This document shows, one piece after another, positions 19,516 through 27,543 of a DNA stretch of 64,000 bases. The notes under the pieces are model-generated. The model saw only the letters and a list, made by a program, of their open reading frames with translations, was not told the DNA's origin and made no database searches. A program made the translations under genes and the position numbers. This DNA is from a virus: positions 1 through 64,000 of the IMG/VR virus record IMGVR_UViG_3300023174_005819. One strand, given 5' to 3'. The first letter of the stretch is position 1; every line of letters begins with the position of its first letter.

Positions 19516-20001
19516 TTATTCTCCATAAGATATATCTCCAGTTCCGTCGTATTTTGGATAATCTTGTCCAGTTCGAATTTGTTGTGTTCTAACTTGAGTT
19601 TGTATATTTTCTTTTAAAGCTTTAGTATTCACGCTTGGATCGATATTTTTTGCTTCAAATGGTTGGGCAAATATCGTACCACGAGATTGATTAGTAGATT
19701 TATAATCAGTCTTGTATGTTCTATATATTTTATTGTTAACTATATAATACTCTGGAAATGGTTTAGAAAATATAGTTCCATGAGATTGATTTGTTCCATT
19801 TCCGCCACCAGTTTTATATGTTTGGTAGACTTCTATTCCTCTAGCGGTTTTAACATAATTATATTCTTGGAATGGTTTATTGAAAATTGTACCATCAGAT
19901 TGATTTGTTCCACCACCCGTAGTTTTATATGTTTCGTACACAGCTCCAGATTGAGCGACTGCGAAATTAGCTATAAATGATAGTAGTATTATATATTTCA
20001 T
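19516..20001 (-). CDS. secreted protein with three internal repeats
   Basis: Signal peptide (…FAVA/QS), then three copies of YxTYKT...TNQSxGTIFxxPFxE. Confidence 0.7.
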   Translation of the reverse strand: MKYIILLSFIANFAVAQSGAVYETYKTTGGGTNQSDGTIFNKPFQEYNYVKTARGIEVYQTYKTGGGNGTNQSHGTIFSKPFPEYYIVNNKIYRTYKTDYKSTNQSRGTIFAQPFEAKNIDPSVNTKALKENIQTQVRTQQIRTGQDYPKYDGTGDISYGE

Positions 20002-20411
20002 ATTTTAATTAATTCTATATTGTAAAATTTAAATATTTCTTTGGCTGTAGAATCCTTTTCATATTCTTCTGAGTATACCACACTTTTAACTCCATATGCA
20101 ACAATATTAGTAGCACAATTTGAACAAGGTAATAAAGTGGAAGCTAGTAAGTGTGGTTGGTCTCCTCTTTTAACCAAAGATAAAGCGTTGGTTTCAGCGT
20201 GGACCATGTACTTTCTTCTATTATCTCTATCTCTAAAGAAATCTTCATTGATGCTAAACTTAGGTAATAAACCATTATATCCTACAGATAATACTCTACC
20301 ATCTTTATTTAATATGCATACCCCAACTTTTTTATATGGATCTTCTGATCTTCTTGACCAAATTCTTGCTGTTTCAATCGCAGCTTCTATAAATGATATT
20401 CTATTATTCAT
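19998..20411 (-). CDS. dCMP deaminase
   Basis: RSEDPYKKVG, GYNG, HAETNA, PCSNCA Zn-binding motifs. Confidence 0.9.
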   Translation of the reverse strand: MNNRISFIEAAIETARIWSRRSEDPYKKVGVCILNKDGRVLSVGYNGLLPKFSINEDFFRDRDNRRKYMVHAETNALSLVKRGDQPHLLASTLLPCSNCATNIVAYGVKSVVYSEEYEKDSTAKEIFKFYNIELIKI

Positions 20412-20478
20412 TTTGAAAAAAATGCCACTTTATCGCTATTCCAACTCCTATTGCTATGCATATAATTGTTTGAAACAT
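20404..20478 (-). CDS. small membrane peptide (24 aa)
   Basis: Hand-translated MFQTIICIAIGVGIAIKWHFFQNE; sits 8 nt after a TTGACT-17-TAATAT promoter and overlaps the dCMP deaminase start. Confidence 0.5.
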   Translation of the reverse strand: MFQTIICIAIGVGIAIKWHFFQNE

Positions 20479-20558
20479 AAGATTATATATTAAATCTTTT
20501 TTATTTTTAAGTCAATTATTTTCTTGATTGTTTATAAAGAATAGTTTAATATAAATAA

Positions 20559-21668
20559 ATGCAAAAACAAGAATTCAAAGAAGCGTTAAGTTACGATGAT
20601 ATTTCGTTGCTCCCAAATTTTTCAGATATCACTTCCAGAAAAGAAGTAGATACAACTACTAAAATTTCAAGAAATTGTAGCATTAAGATTCCAATCGTAC
20701 TTTCTCCAATGGATACAGTATCTTCTGTTAAATCATGTATTAAGATGAATAAACTTGGTGCAGCTGGAGTTTTACATAGGTTCATGTCTGTTGATGATCA
20801 AAGAGCTAAAGCTAGAATTATTAAAGATGAAAGCGATTTCTGTGTCACAGCAATTGGTCTTAAAGATGCAGAAGAAAGAATTAGAGCTACTAGCACATTT
20901 ACTAATCTTTATTTTTTAGATACTGCTAATGGTTTAGCTAAGAATGTAGAAGATTTTCTTAGATGGTATAAAACTTCTGGATTTTCTCAAGATGTTATAG
21001 TAGGTAATACTTTAACAAAAGAAAGTGTTTATAGGCTAGCTAATCTTAAAGCAGATGGATTTAGGCATTTAATTGGTCCAGGTTCTATGTGTTTAACTCA
21101 AGTCAAAACTGGAATTGGATGTCCAAGTCTGACTGGTAATTATTACGCTTGGAAAGCTGTAAGAAATTGGGAACTTTCTCAAGTTGATTTATTTAAACAA
21201 GATAAACCAAATCCATCTCATAGACCTAGTATTCTTGCTGATGGTGGTATACGATATCCAAAAGATTTAGTTAAAGCTATTGCTAGCGGATGTGATGCTG
21301 TTATTTGTGGAAGAATTTTCGCTGGACTATCTGATGTTGTTGATGATGAGAATATCATTGAAATAGATGGCAAAAGATTCGCTAAATATAGAGGAATGGC
21401 TAGTCAAGATGTTGTCGAAGATTATGACTTATATGATGGAACTAAAAAGAATCTATTTGTAGAAGGAGATAATACTTTAATTCCAATTATTGAAAATAAA
21501 TCTATTGAAGATATTGTTTATGATTTCACTAATGGTTTAAGAAGTTCTATGAGTTATCTTGGGTTCAGGAATATACAGGATATGCGCGGAGGTCTATGGA
21601 ATAATACTATACAAGCTGTTAGAAATAGTCCGAATAGTATGTATGAGGGATTTGCTCATGGAAAATAA
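20559..21668 (+). CDS. IMP dehydrogenase/GMP reductase family enzyme without CBS domains (probably GMP reductase-like)
   Basis: SPMDTV, catalytic loop IGPGSMCLT, ILADGGIR, KYRGMAS, GLRSSMSYLG; the flap lacks the IMPDH Arg-Tyr dyad. Confidence 0.85.
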   Translation: MQKQEFKEALSYDDISLLPNFSDITSRKEVDTTTKISRNCSIKIPIVLSPMDTVSSVKSCIKMNKLGAAGVLHRFMSVDDQRAKARIIKDESDFCVTAIGLKDAEERIRATSTFTNLYFLDTANGLAKNVEDFLRWYKTSGFSQDVIVGNTLTKESVYRLANLKADGFRHLIGPGSMCLTQVKTGIGCPSLTGNYYAWKAVRNWELSQVDLFKQDKPNPSHRPSILADGGIRYPKDLVKAIASGCDAVICGRIFAGLSDVVDDENIIEIDGKRFAKYRGMASQDVVEDYDLYDGTKKNLFVEGDNTLIPIIENKSIEDIVYDFTNGLRSSMSYLGFRNIQDMRGGLWNNTIQAVRNSPNSMYEGFAHGK

Positions 21669-21697
21669 TTGATTTAAATTAACAAACACCTTATAAT
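21669..21697 (+). promoter_or_regulatory. sigma70-type promoter (near-leaderless)
   Basis: TTGATT (21669-21674), 17 nt, TATAAT (21692-21697), 6 nt, ATG at 21704. Confidence 0.7.
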
Positions 21698-21703
21698 ATT
21701 AAA

Positions 21704-21964
21704 ATGAATAAAGAAAATGTAGATAAACTTATAAATAGCAATAATCCTTACGCAAGAGGAACTGAGTTTAGTCCTATTGTTAGGATTTACCCTAAGATTT
21801 CAAGAAATATAGTATGCCCTAGTAGTGGTAAAAAATTTAAAAATTGTTGTGGACAAACTGGACAAGATTTCTGTGATAAAGCAAAAGATTCATTAAAAGA
21901 ACATTTAATGAAATTAGTCGATGAACATGAAAAAGAAAAACAAACAGAAAAAACAAAAGAATAA
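21704..21964 (+). CDS. small SEC-C-motif protein
   Basis: KISRNIVCPSSGKKFKNCCG resembles the SecA C-terminal metal-binding motif. Confidence 0.65.
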   Translation: MNKENVDKLINSNNPYARGTEFSPIVRIYPKISRNIVCPSSGKKFKNCCGQTGQDFCDKAKDSLKEHLMKLVDEHEKEKQTEKTKE

Positions 21965-22103
21965 GTATTACGCTATTTTCAGTAAAAGCGATAATTTTCT
22001 TCATGGAGTATTTCCACCATCACAAGATGGTCTTTCTAAAGCTAAAGAATATTTACTAAAATTAGATCCATCAAATAAAAACTATAAGATTAAAAAATAT
22101 TAA
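21921..22103 (+). CDS. small hypothetical protein
   Basis: 60-aa ORF overlapping the end of the preceding gene. Confidence 0.5.
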   Translation: MNMKKKNKQKKQKNKYYAIFSKSDNFLHGVFPPSQDGLSKAKEYLLKLDPSNKNYKIKKY

Positions 22104-23086
22104 TTCTTAATATTTGGATCCGCTAAGTCTGGATTATGTTGAGCCTTAGTTCCTCGTTTGAAATTCCTATGTAGATTTTCATATAATATTTTAAATGTAT
22201 CTAATGGTTTTTCTATGACATTTTGAATTTTTTGCTCTGGTTTTTGTGCTTCTTGATTTTCTATTTTCTTAATGATTGAGTTATAAGCTATAACTAAACA
22301 TACTGCTAGTGGGTCAAAAACAATAACAATTAATATAATAAATATTCTAACTGCAGTTTCTATCTTTAATCCAAATGCGTCTGCTACAAATTTAAATGTA
22401 CCAATTTCGCCTTTTGTATTATCGCTTTCAAGTTTCATTATTTCTTGGCTATTTTCTAAACTTTGTTTTTCTAGGTTTTGAAGATCAGAAGTTACTGTGG
22501 ATATTTGAGAGAATAAGTTATTAATATTACTTTGAGATCCTTCTACTATCTTATTTTTGCTTTCTACTAATTTAATATCTGTTACTTTTTCAGTTTTAGC
22601 TGAACTAAAGAATCCTCCGCCAGTAATTTTAGTTGTAGTTACGTCTTGTTTAACAGCATTATCTAATGATGTTTGATATGTCTTTTGTAATTCTATGAGA
22701 TCTTTAAGTTTGTTCTTATTGAAATCTATTTGTGAAATATAAAAGTTTTGTTGAGATTTTAAGCTTTGAATTTTATTTAAATTCAAGGAATATTGAGAAA
22801 AATTACGTTGAAAAGCGTCAGAAAGAAAACCAAAAATACCAAGACTTGTTATGCACATAAGTAATATAGTTGCGGATAGCATATACTTTTTAAGTAAATT
22901 ATGTATTGATGACCAATATCTATAAAGATAACTTGCGCTTACTAATTTCGCTACTTCCAAACTTCCAGCCATAACCGCAACACTCCAAAAACTTGCTGCA
23001 AATAAAAGAGCAATTCCTTTTACAGAAAAAAATGCAGCACAAGAGGCTAAAATAAATGCAGACAACCCTAGTATATATTTAAACAT
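22100..23086 (-). CDS. multi-TM protein with a long coiled coil
   Basis: About three N-terminal TM segments (GSLEVAKLV, ITSLGIFGFLS), coiled coil, then a C-terminal TM (IVIVFDPLAV). Confidence 0.7.
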   Translation of the reverse strand: MFKYILGLSAFILASCAAFFSVKGIALLFAASFWSVAVMAGSLEVAKLVSASYLYRYWSSIHNLLKKYMLSATILLMCITSLGIFGFLSDAFQRNFSQYSLNLNKIQSLKSQQNFYISQIDFNKNKLKDLIELQKTYQTSLDNAVKQDVTTTKITGGGFFSSAKTEKVTDIKLVESKNKIVEGSQSNINNLFSQISTVTSDLQNLEKQSLENSQEIMKLESDNTKGEIGTFKFVADAFGLKIETAVRIFIILIVIVFDPLAVCLVIAYNSIIKKIENQEAQKPEQKIQNVIEKPLDTFKILYENLHRNFKRGTKAQHNPDLADPNIKN

Positions 23087-23119
23087 AATATTTAATACAA
23101 ATTACACAGATATATCTTA

Positions 23120-23470
23120 TAATAATTAACTTTGATTCAATATGGTTTTCTGAATTATTTAACTTTTCTTTGATATCCAAAAGGGCTTTACCTCCAGATT
23201 TTATATATCTGAAGTTGAGTATTATCAATCCAACTTTTCTTTTGACTCCAAATTTTACTGCGATCTCAGCAGTAAACGGGCCATCGCACTTATGGATCAG
23301 AGGTAGCTTCGATCACTACATTCTGCGATGCCTATAGCTACATTTCCTTATTTAGCCATATAATGTACAAATTAAGGTTTTAATAGTTGTCAGCCCTTAT
23401 GACATTGCTATCTCAGGGATTGATAGTTGATTTTTTGACATCAACAAACTGCTCTAATTGGGAACTATGT
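23120..23470 (-). ncRNA. candidate structured non-coding RNA of unrecognised class (3' end uncertain)
   Basis: ORF-free region with its own TTGACA-17-TAGTAT promoter, at least 7 stem-loops, two possible pseudoknots, and G-U pairs favouring the minus strand. Confidence 0.6.
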
Positions 23471-23476
23471 ACTTAC

Positions 23477-23505
23477 ATACTATTCTAATTTTCAACTTTT
23501 GTCAA
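23477..23505 (-). promoter_or_regulatory. sigma70-type promoter pointing into the ORF-free structured region
   Basis: TTGACA (23505-23500), 17 nt, TAGTAT (23482-23477). Confidence 0.7.
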
Positions 23506-23521
23506 ATTTATTAATAAAAAC

Positions 23522-23556
23522 TTGCTTTATTTTATTAAAAGCTTTATAATGTGTAA
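23522..23556 (+). promoter_or_regulatory. tmRNA promoter (sigma70-type with an adjacent GTGTAA motif)
   Basis: TTGCTT (23522-23527), 17 nt, TATAAT (23545-23550), immediately followed by GTGTAA. Confidence 0.7.
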
Positions 23557-23578
23557 GATTAGTTAGTTCTTTAACATT

Positions 23579-23966
23579 GGGCGCGTACTGGTTTCGATTT
23601 TAGAAATCGGAATTAAAATGCAAGTGGAGGTTGAATCGAGGACTCCTTAAAAAGTTTCACTTATATTAACTGCCAAAACAGCAAAATATAAAGGTCATAT
23701 TTCTGCAAGAGCTTCTCTTGTTGAATTGACCGCTTCTGTAGCCTAAGTTCTACAGCGTGACTACCTTGACACATCTATTGGATAGTTGCGTAATTAGATG
23801 TTTGAGTATAATAAGTTTTTTTATTCTTTTTATATTCAATATTCAAAATAAAATCGCTAAGTATGTTTGTTCTTTATCTATACAAAGCTAAAAACAAAAA
23901 GAACTAAACTTGTAGTATTTTAATTTAGATTTTTAAAAGACAAAGGTTCAATTCCTTTCGCGTCCA
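23579..23966 (+). ncRNA. ssrA: tmRNA
   Basis: 5' GGGCGCGTACTGGTTTCGA pairs with 3' CGCGTCC-A, giving the G3:U70 Ala identity pair; T arm AAAGG-TTCAATT-CCTTT; tag ORF after TAACT at 23672-23746 = AKTAKYKGHISARASLVELTASVA*. Confidence 0.92.
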
Positions 23967-23998
23967 AGTAAACGAATCTCTTAGCCTCCAATTTTATA

Positions 23999-24367
23999 GT
24001 GAAATCAAAAAGAAATAAAACAAGATTAGATCAATATAGTCCATTTAAATACTCTTTAAATAAAGCTAGATCACGAAGTAAATCTAGAAATGAAGTTACA
24101 GATTTAACTCTTGAATATTTAAAAGAGATTTGGGAAAATCAAAAAGGATTATGTTCATATACTAATATTAAAATGGAACTACCAAGAAGCTCCCAAGATG
24201 AAGATATCAAGAAAAGTCCAACCAAACTAAGCCTTGATAGAATTGACCCAAGTATAGGATATATAAAAGGTAATGTTGAATTTGTATGTTATTGCGTTAA
24301 TGTTATGAAAAATGATTTCACAAAAGAACAGATGGTACATTTTATAAATCAAATTAAAAATAATTGA
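23999..24367 (+). CDS. HNH-type endonuclease
   Basis: QKGLCSYT...SLDRIDPSIGYIKGNVEFVCYCVNVMK, a beta-beta-alpha-Me motif common in phages. Confidence 0.75.
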   Translation: MKSKRNKTRLDQYSPFKYSLNKARSRSKSRNEVTDLTLEYLKEIWENQKGLCSYTNIKMELPRSSQDEDIKKSPTKLSLDRIDPSIGYIKGNVEFVCYCVNVMKNDFTKEQMVHFINQIKNN

Positions 24368-24390
24368 AGTAACATTTTTTATAATTTAAA

Positions 24391-24396
24391 GTGTAA
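24391..24396 (+). promoter_or_regulatory. GTGTAA putative late-promoter motif
   Basis: 8 nt upstream of ATG 24405; the same motif and spacing recur before several other genes. Confidence 0.55.
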
Positions 24397-24404
24397 TAAA
24401 GATT

Positions 24405-25670
24405 ATGGGTAATTATGATATAGCTTCTTGGCCAGCACGAGCAAATTCTTACAATGGAATAGCAAATATAGCTCTTAATGGTTGGGCGCAACAATATCCA
24501 CTAAGCTTATACCAAGTATCACTTGCAACACCAACAATTTCTGCTACAGCGGGAGGAGATGGAAATGTATTATTAACTATTACCAATGGTAATTCATCAT
24601 ATAGATATCTCGTATATATTGATGGAGTAGGCGTTGGATTTTTTAAATCAATAGACAATCAAATTACAATTTCTAATTTACCTCTTACCGTTCCTCATAC
24701 AATTCGAATTAGATCTACATATGTAACTTATTCTGGAAACACCGTAACAAGCGCAGGACTAAGCCAATTGAGCAATTCAGTTACAGTTACTCCACAATTT
24801 CAATTTGCAGCAAGAGTTCCACTTAACTTAAGACAACCTTATAATGGAGGAGTAGGTCAGTATAATCAACCTCCATATGATTATGTTGATGTAATAAGAT
24901 TACCCTCTTTACTATACTCTACTTCAGATTGGGAATACACCGACAATACATATACTGACCAAGAAGCTCCTGGTGCATACGCAATTCCACTTAGTCCATC
25001 TTTTAAAATTTCAATATATACAGCTCAAATAAGATTAAGAGCTAGAATAGTAAACGGAGCAAAAGATGAAACATATTTTGGAGCAGTAGATTACTCTTAT
25101 AAAGATGTTGATGTTACTGTTGATGATCCATTTTTAGATTTATATGGAGCTGATGGACATGATATCGGTTATTATTATTTTCAAAAATTGATAGAACTTG
25201 GATTATATCAAGCAAATATTAGCTCAAATATTTCTAGTGCAATAGGATGGAGACTTACAAAAGAATACATGCTTTCAAAACCTTATCTTGGTAATAAAAT
25301 TAAAAATATTATTAAAAATAATTTTAACATCATAATGAAATCAAGAGAAGCAATGCTACAATTTAGAGATATAACAAACTTTAATCCTAAACTAACTAAA
25401 GATTTTCAAGATTTTACAATAACATATCAAGGACCAATTTGGATTAATCCAAAAATCATTTCAACAAGCGGAACTCCAGATGAAGTAACAATACCAGCTA
25501 ATGCACCACTATATAATTTAAAAAATTCAAAAAATAGAATATTAAAAAGTGGAAATTCTGCTGCAGCAATACTTTTATCTAATCCTCAAGATTGTTCACA
25601 TTATTCCTTTTCTGCAATCGCAGCGCCACTTAGTGCAGATGACTATTATGGAAATGCGCCAGCTTCTTAA
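24405..25670 (+). CDS. putative virion protein with an Fn3/Ig-like N-terminal domain
   Basis: PTISATAGGDGNVLLTIT...ITISNL...LSNSVTVTP is a beta-rich Fn3-like pattern. Confidence 0.55.
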   Translation: MGNYDIASWPARANSYNGIANIALNGWAQQYPLSLYQVSLATPTISATAGGDGNVLLTITNGNSSYRYLVYIDGVGVGFFKSIDNQITISNLPLTVPHTIRIRSTYVTYSGNTVTSAGLSQLSNSVTVTPQFQFAARVPLNLRQPYNGGVGQYNQPPYDYVDVIRLPSLLYSTSDWEYTDNTYTDQEAPGAYAIPLSPSFKISIYTAQIRLRARIVNGAKDETYFGAVDYSYKDVDVTVDDPFLDLYGADGHDIGYYYFQKLIELGLYQANISSNISSAIGWRLTKEYMLSKPYLGNKIKNIIKNNFNIIMKSREAMLQFRDITNFNPKLTKDFQDFTITYQGPIWINPKIISTSGTPDEVTIPANAPLYNLKNSKNRILKSGNSAAAILLSNPQDCSHYSFSAIAAPLSADDYYGNAPAS

Positions 25671-25679
25671 TATAAAAAT

Positions 25680-26516
25680 ATGACAACCGATAATACATCT
25701 TTAGAGAGCATTTGGAGCCAAACTGTTGGAGAAGATCCTACAGACCCATATCTTAATTGTAACTCTTGCGAACTAGATTGCGCTAATCAAGCATTAAATG
25801 ATGCAGCCGCTAATGTTTCAAACTTTCCATTTAACATGAAAGCAGCTGCCAAAAATGATTTTCTTGCTCCACAACCAAGCGCAATGGATATTCTTCGCCA
25901 GGAAGAGCACCTTAGAGCTTTTAACGCGGACCAGGCTGCAAAAAAAGGAGCAAGAGCAATGGTAGACTTGGGGCCCAGTCGAAGGTATCCTATCTCATTT
26001 TCTCCAAATAGAGGAGGTGGTGGAAGCCGATCATCTAGCGGATTTGAAGCAACTTCTATTGGTTCTGAAAATCCTTTAGGCCAAACAGGATCAGTAGGAT
26101 TTCGATGGTCTGGTAATGAAGTTAGCTGGGATCCAGATAATTTTCTTAACGAAACTAGTGGCAGCGTAGTAGTCGTTCCAGAGCAAGGAATTACAGATGT
26201 TGGAAATGCTGCTGGCAGTTTGTTGAGAGAAACTTTTAATCCAACTCCCGATCCAGTTACAACTGTGAGTTGTTCAACTGACACAGCAGCAGCTACTGCT
26301 GCTGTTCCTGCCACTCCAACTACAAGTGGCCTTGGCGCTACTGGATCACAATCAGCAGTAAGTGCAACGCAAGGAACCACAGTTACTGGAGGAGGAGGAT
26401 TGAATCAAGCTGGCGGAGGATCAGTAAGTAGCGTAAAAACTGGAGTAAATAATAATGGTGTCGCAACTCAAGGCAATGGGGGCTTCAGAGGGGTCAAAGC
26501 AACAATCAGGCCTTAA
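25680..26516 (+). CDS. low-complexity Gly/Ser/Thr/Ala-rich protein
   Basis: 278 aa; N-terminal CNSCELDC; G/S/T/A-rich C-terminal half. Confidence 0.55.
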   Translation: MTTDNTSLESIWSQTVGEDPTDPYLNCNSCELDCANQALNDAAANVSNFPFNMKAAAKNDFLAPQPSAMDILRQEEHLRAFNADQAAKKGARAMVDLGPSRRYPISFSPNRGGGGSRSSSGFEATSIGSENPLGQTGSVGFRWSGNEVSWDPDNFLNETSGSVVVVPEQGITDVGNAAGSLLRETFNPTPDPVTTVSCSTDTAAATAAVPATPTTSGLGATGSQSAVSATQGTTVTGGGGLNQAGGGSVSSVKTGVNNNGVATQGNGGFRGVKATIRP

Positions 26517-26568
26517 AAGATAATTTTTAGATATATAAATATTACATTCATAGAATACTAAATAATCT

Positions 26569-27534
26569 ATGAATATACTTTGGCCAGATATACATAAAAA
26601 TCTAACAAAAAATATAGCAAAAGCATTTTATAAACTTGGTCATACTTTAATTTTGCCAAGCAATCAATATATTCCAACTAATTTACCTCCTAAACAATTT
26701 AACCAATGGGCATGGAACACAAGTTGGACTCAAGAAAAAGTAGATCTTGAATTTGAACATAAAAATGTAAAAGTTTTAAACAAACAAGAGATATTAGACA
26801 TTAAACCAGAAATAATATTTATCACCAGCTTTGAAAGTCAATTTGAAATTTTAAATGAAATTTGGCCCCACTTAAAAGATAATAGTAAAATAGCTTGCTA
26901 CAGTGGCAATGATTATTGGGATGGAGCTTATCCATTTTATATTATTAAAAATTATCTTTGTGCAGATTATGTTGGTTTTTGTTTAGCTAATAAATATAAA
27001 GTAAATCACTTATATTATAAGCCTTGGGTAGATTATGATAGATGTACTTTTGATGGACCAACAGACGGAAATATAGTTGGAATTTATATTTCAGAATATG
27101 AAAATAATTTTAATCAAGAATATAATATGAGTAAAGCATTGCAACAAATTACTCCATATATAGACTACCATTATCACACAAATAGCTCTCAACAAGAATT
27201 AACTAAAACCCTTAAGTCTAGTATTGCAACTCAACATATCAAACACCTTGAAGGTTATGGAATAGCTATTATAGAAAGCATGGCTTGTGGTAGACCAGTT
27301 CTTATGCATCGCCAAATGGCGCAAAACAAAAGCTTAATGAATTGGAGTATTGAAAATGTAACAGCTCTATTCTTTGAAAGTCAGCACGAATATATAGCAA
27401 AATTAAAAGCATTATATGATAGTAAAGAATATAGACATTTTATTCAATATACAACAGCTAATGTAATAAGGCAAATTATAGACAACAATCAAGAAACAGA
27501 AAAGCTTGGACATTTTCTTAATAATCTAGTATAA
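26569..27534 (+). CDS. GT-B (GT4-like) glycosyltransferase
   Basis: HLEGYGIAIIESMACGRPV. Confidence 0.75.
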   Translation: MNILWPDIHKNLTKNIAKAFYKLGHTLILPSNQYIPTNLPPKQFNQWAWNTSWTQEKVDLEFEHKNVKVLNKQEILDIKPEIIFITSFESQFEILNEIWPHLKDNSKIACYSGNDYWDGAYPFYIIKNYLCADYVGFCLANKYKVNHLYYKPWVDYDRCTFDGPTDGNIVGIYISEYENNFNQEYNMSKALQQITPYIDYHYHTNSSQQELTKTLKSSIATQHIKHLEGYGIAIIESMACGRPVLMHRQMAQNKSLMNWSIENVTALFFESQHEYIAKLKALYDSKEYRHFIQYTTANVIRQIIDNNQETEKLGHFLNNLV

Positions 27535-27543
27535 TTTTTAATA

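Noticed and set aside
23105-23215. Group I intron R/S-like strings (CTTCAGATATATA / AAGATATATCTG) or RNase P RNA in the structured region
   Set aside because: The GACUA/UAGUC P7 core is absent and no gene is interrupted. The RNase P GAGGAAAGUCC signature is not found on either strand.
25787-26380. 197-aa antisense ORF
   Set aside because: A shadow of the GC-richer low-complexity plus-strand gene, with no promoter or protein motif.
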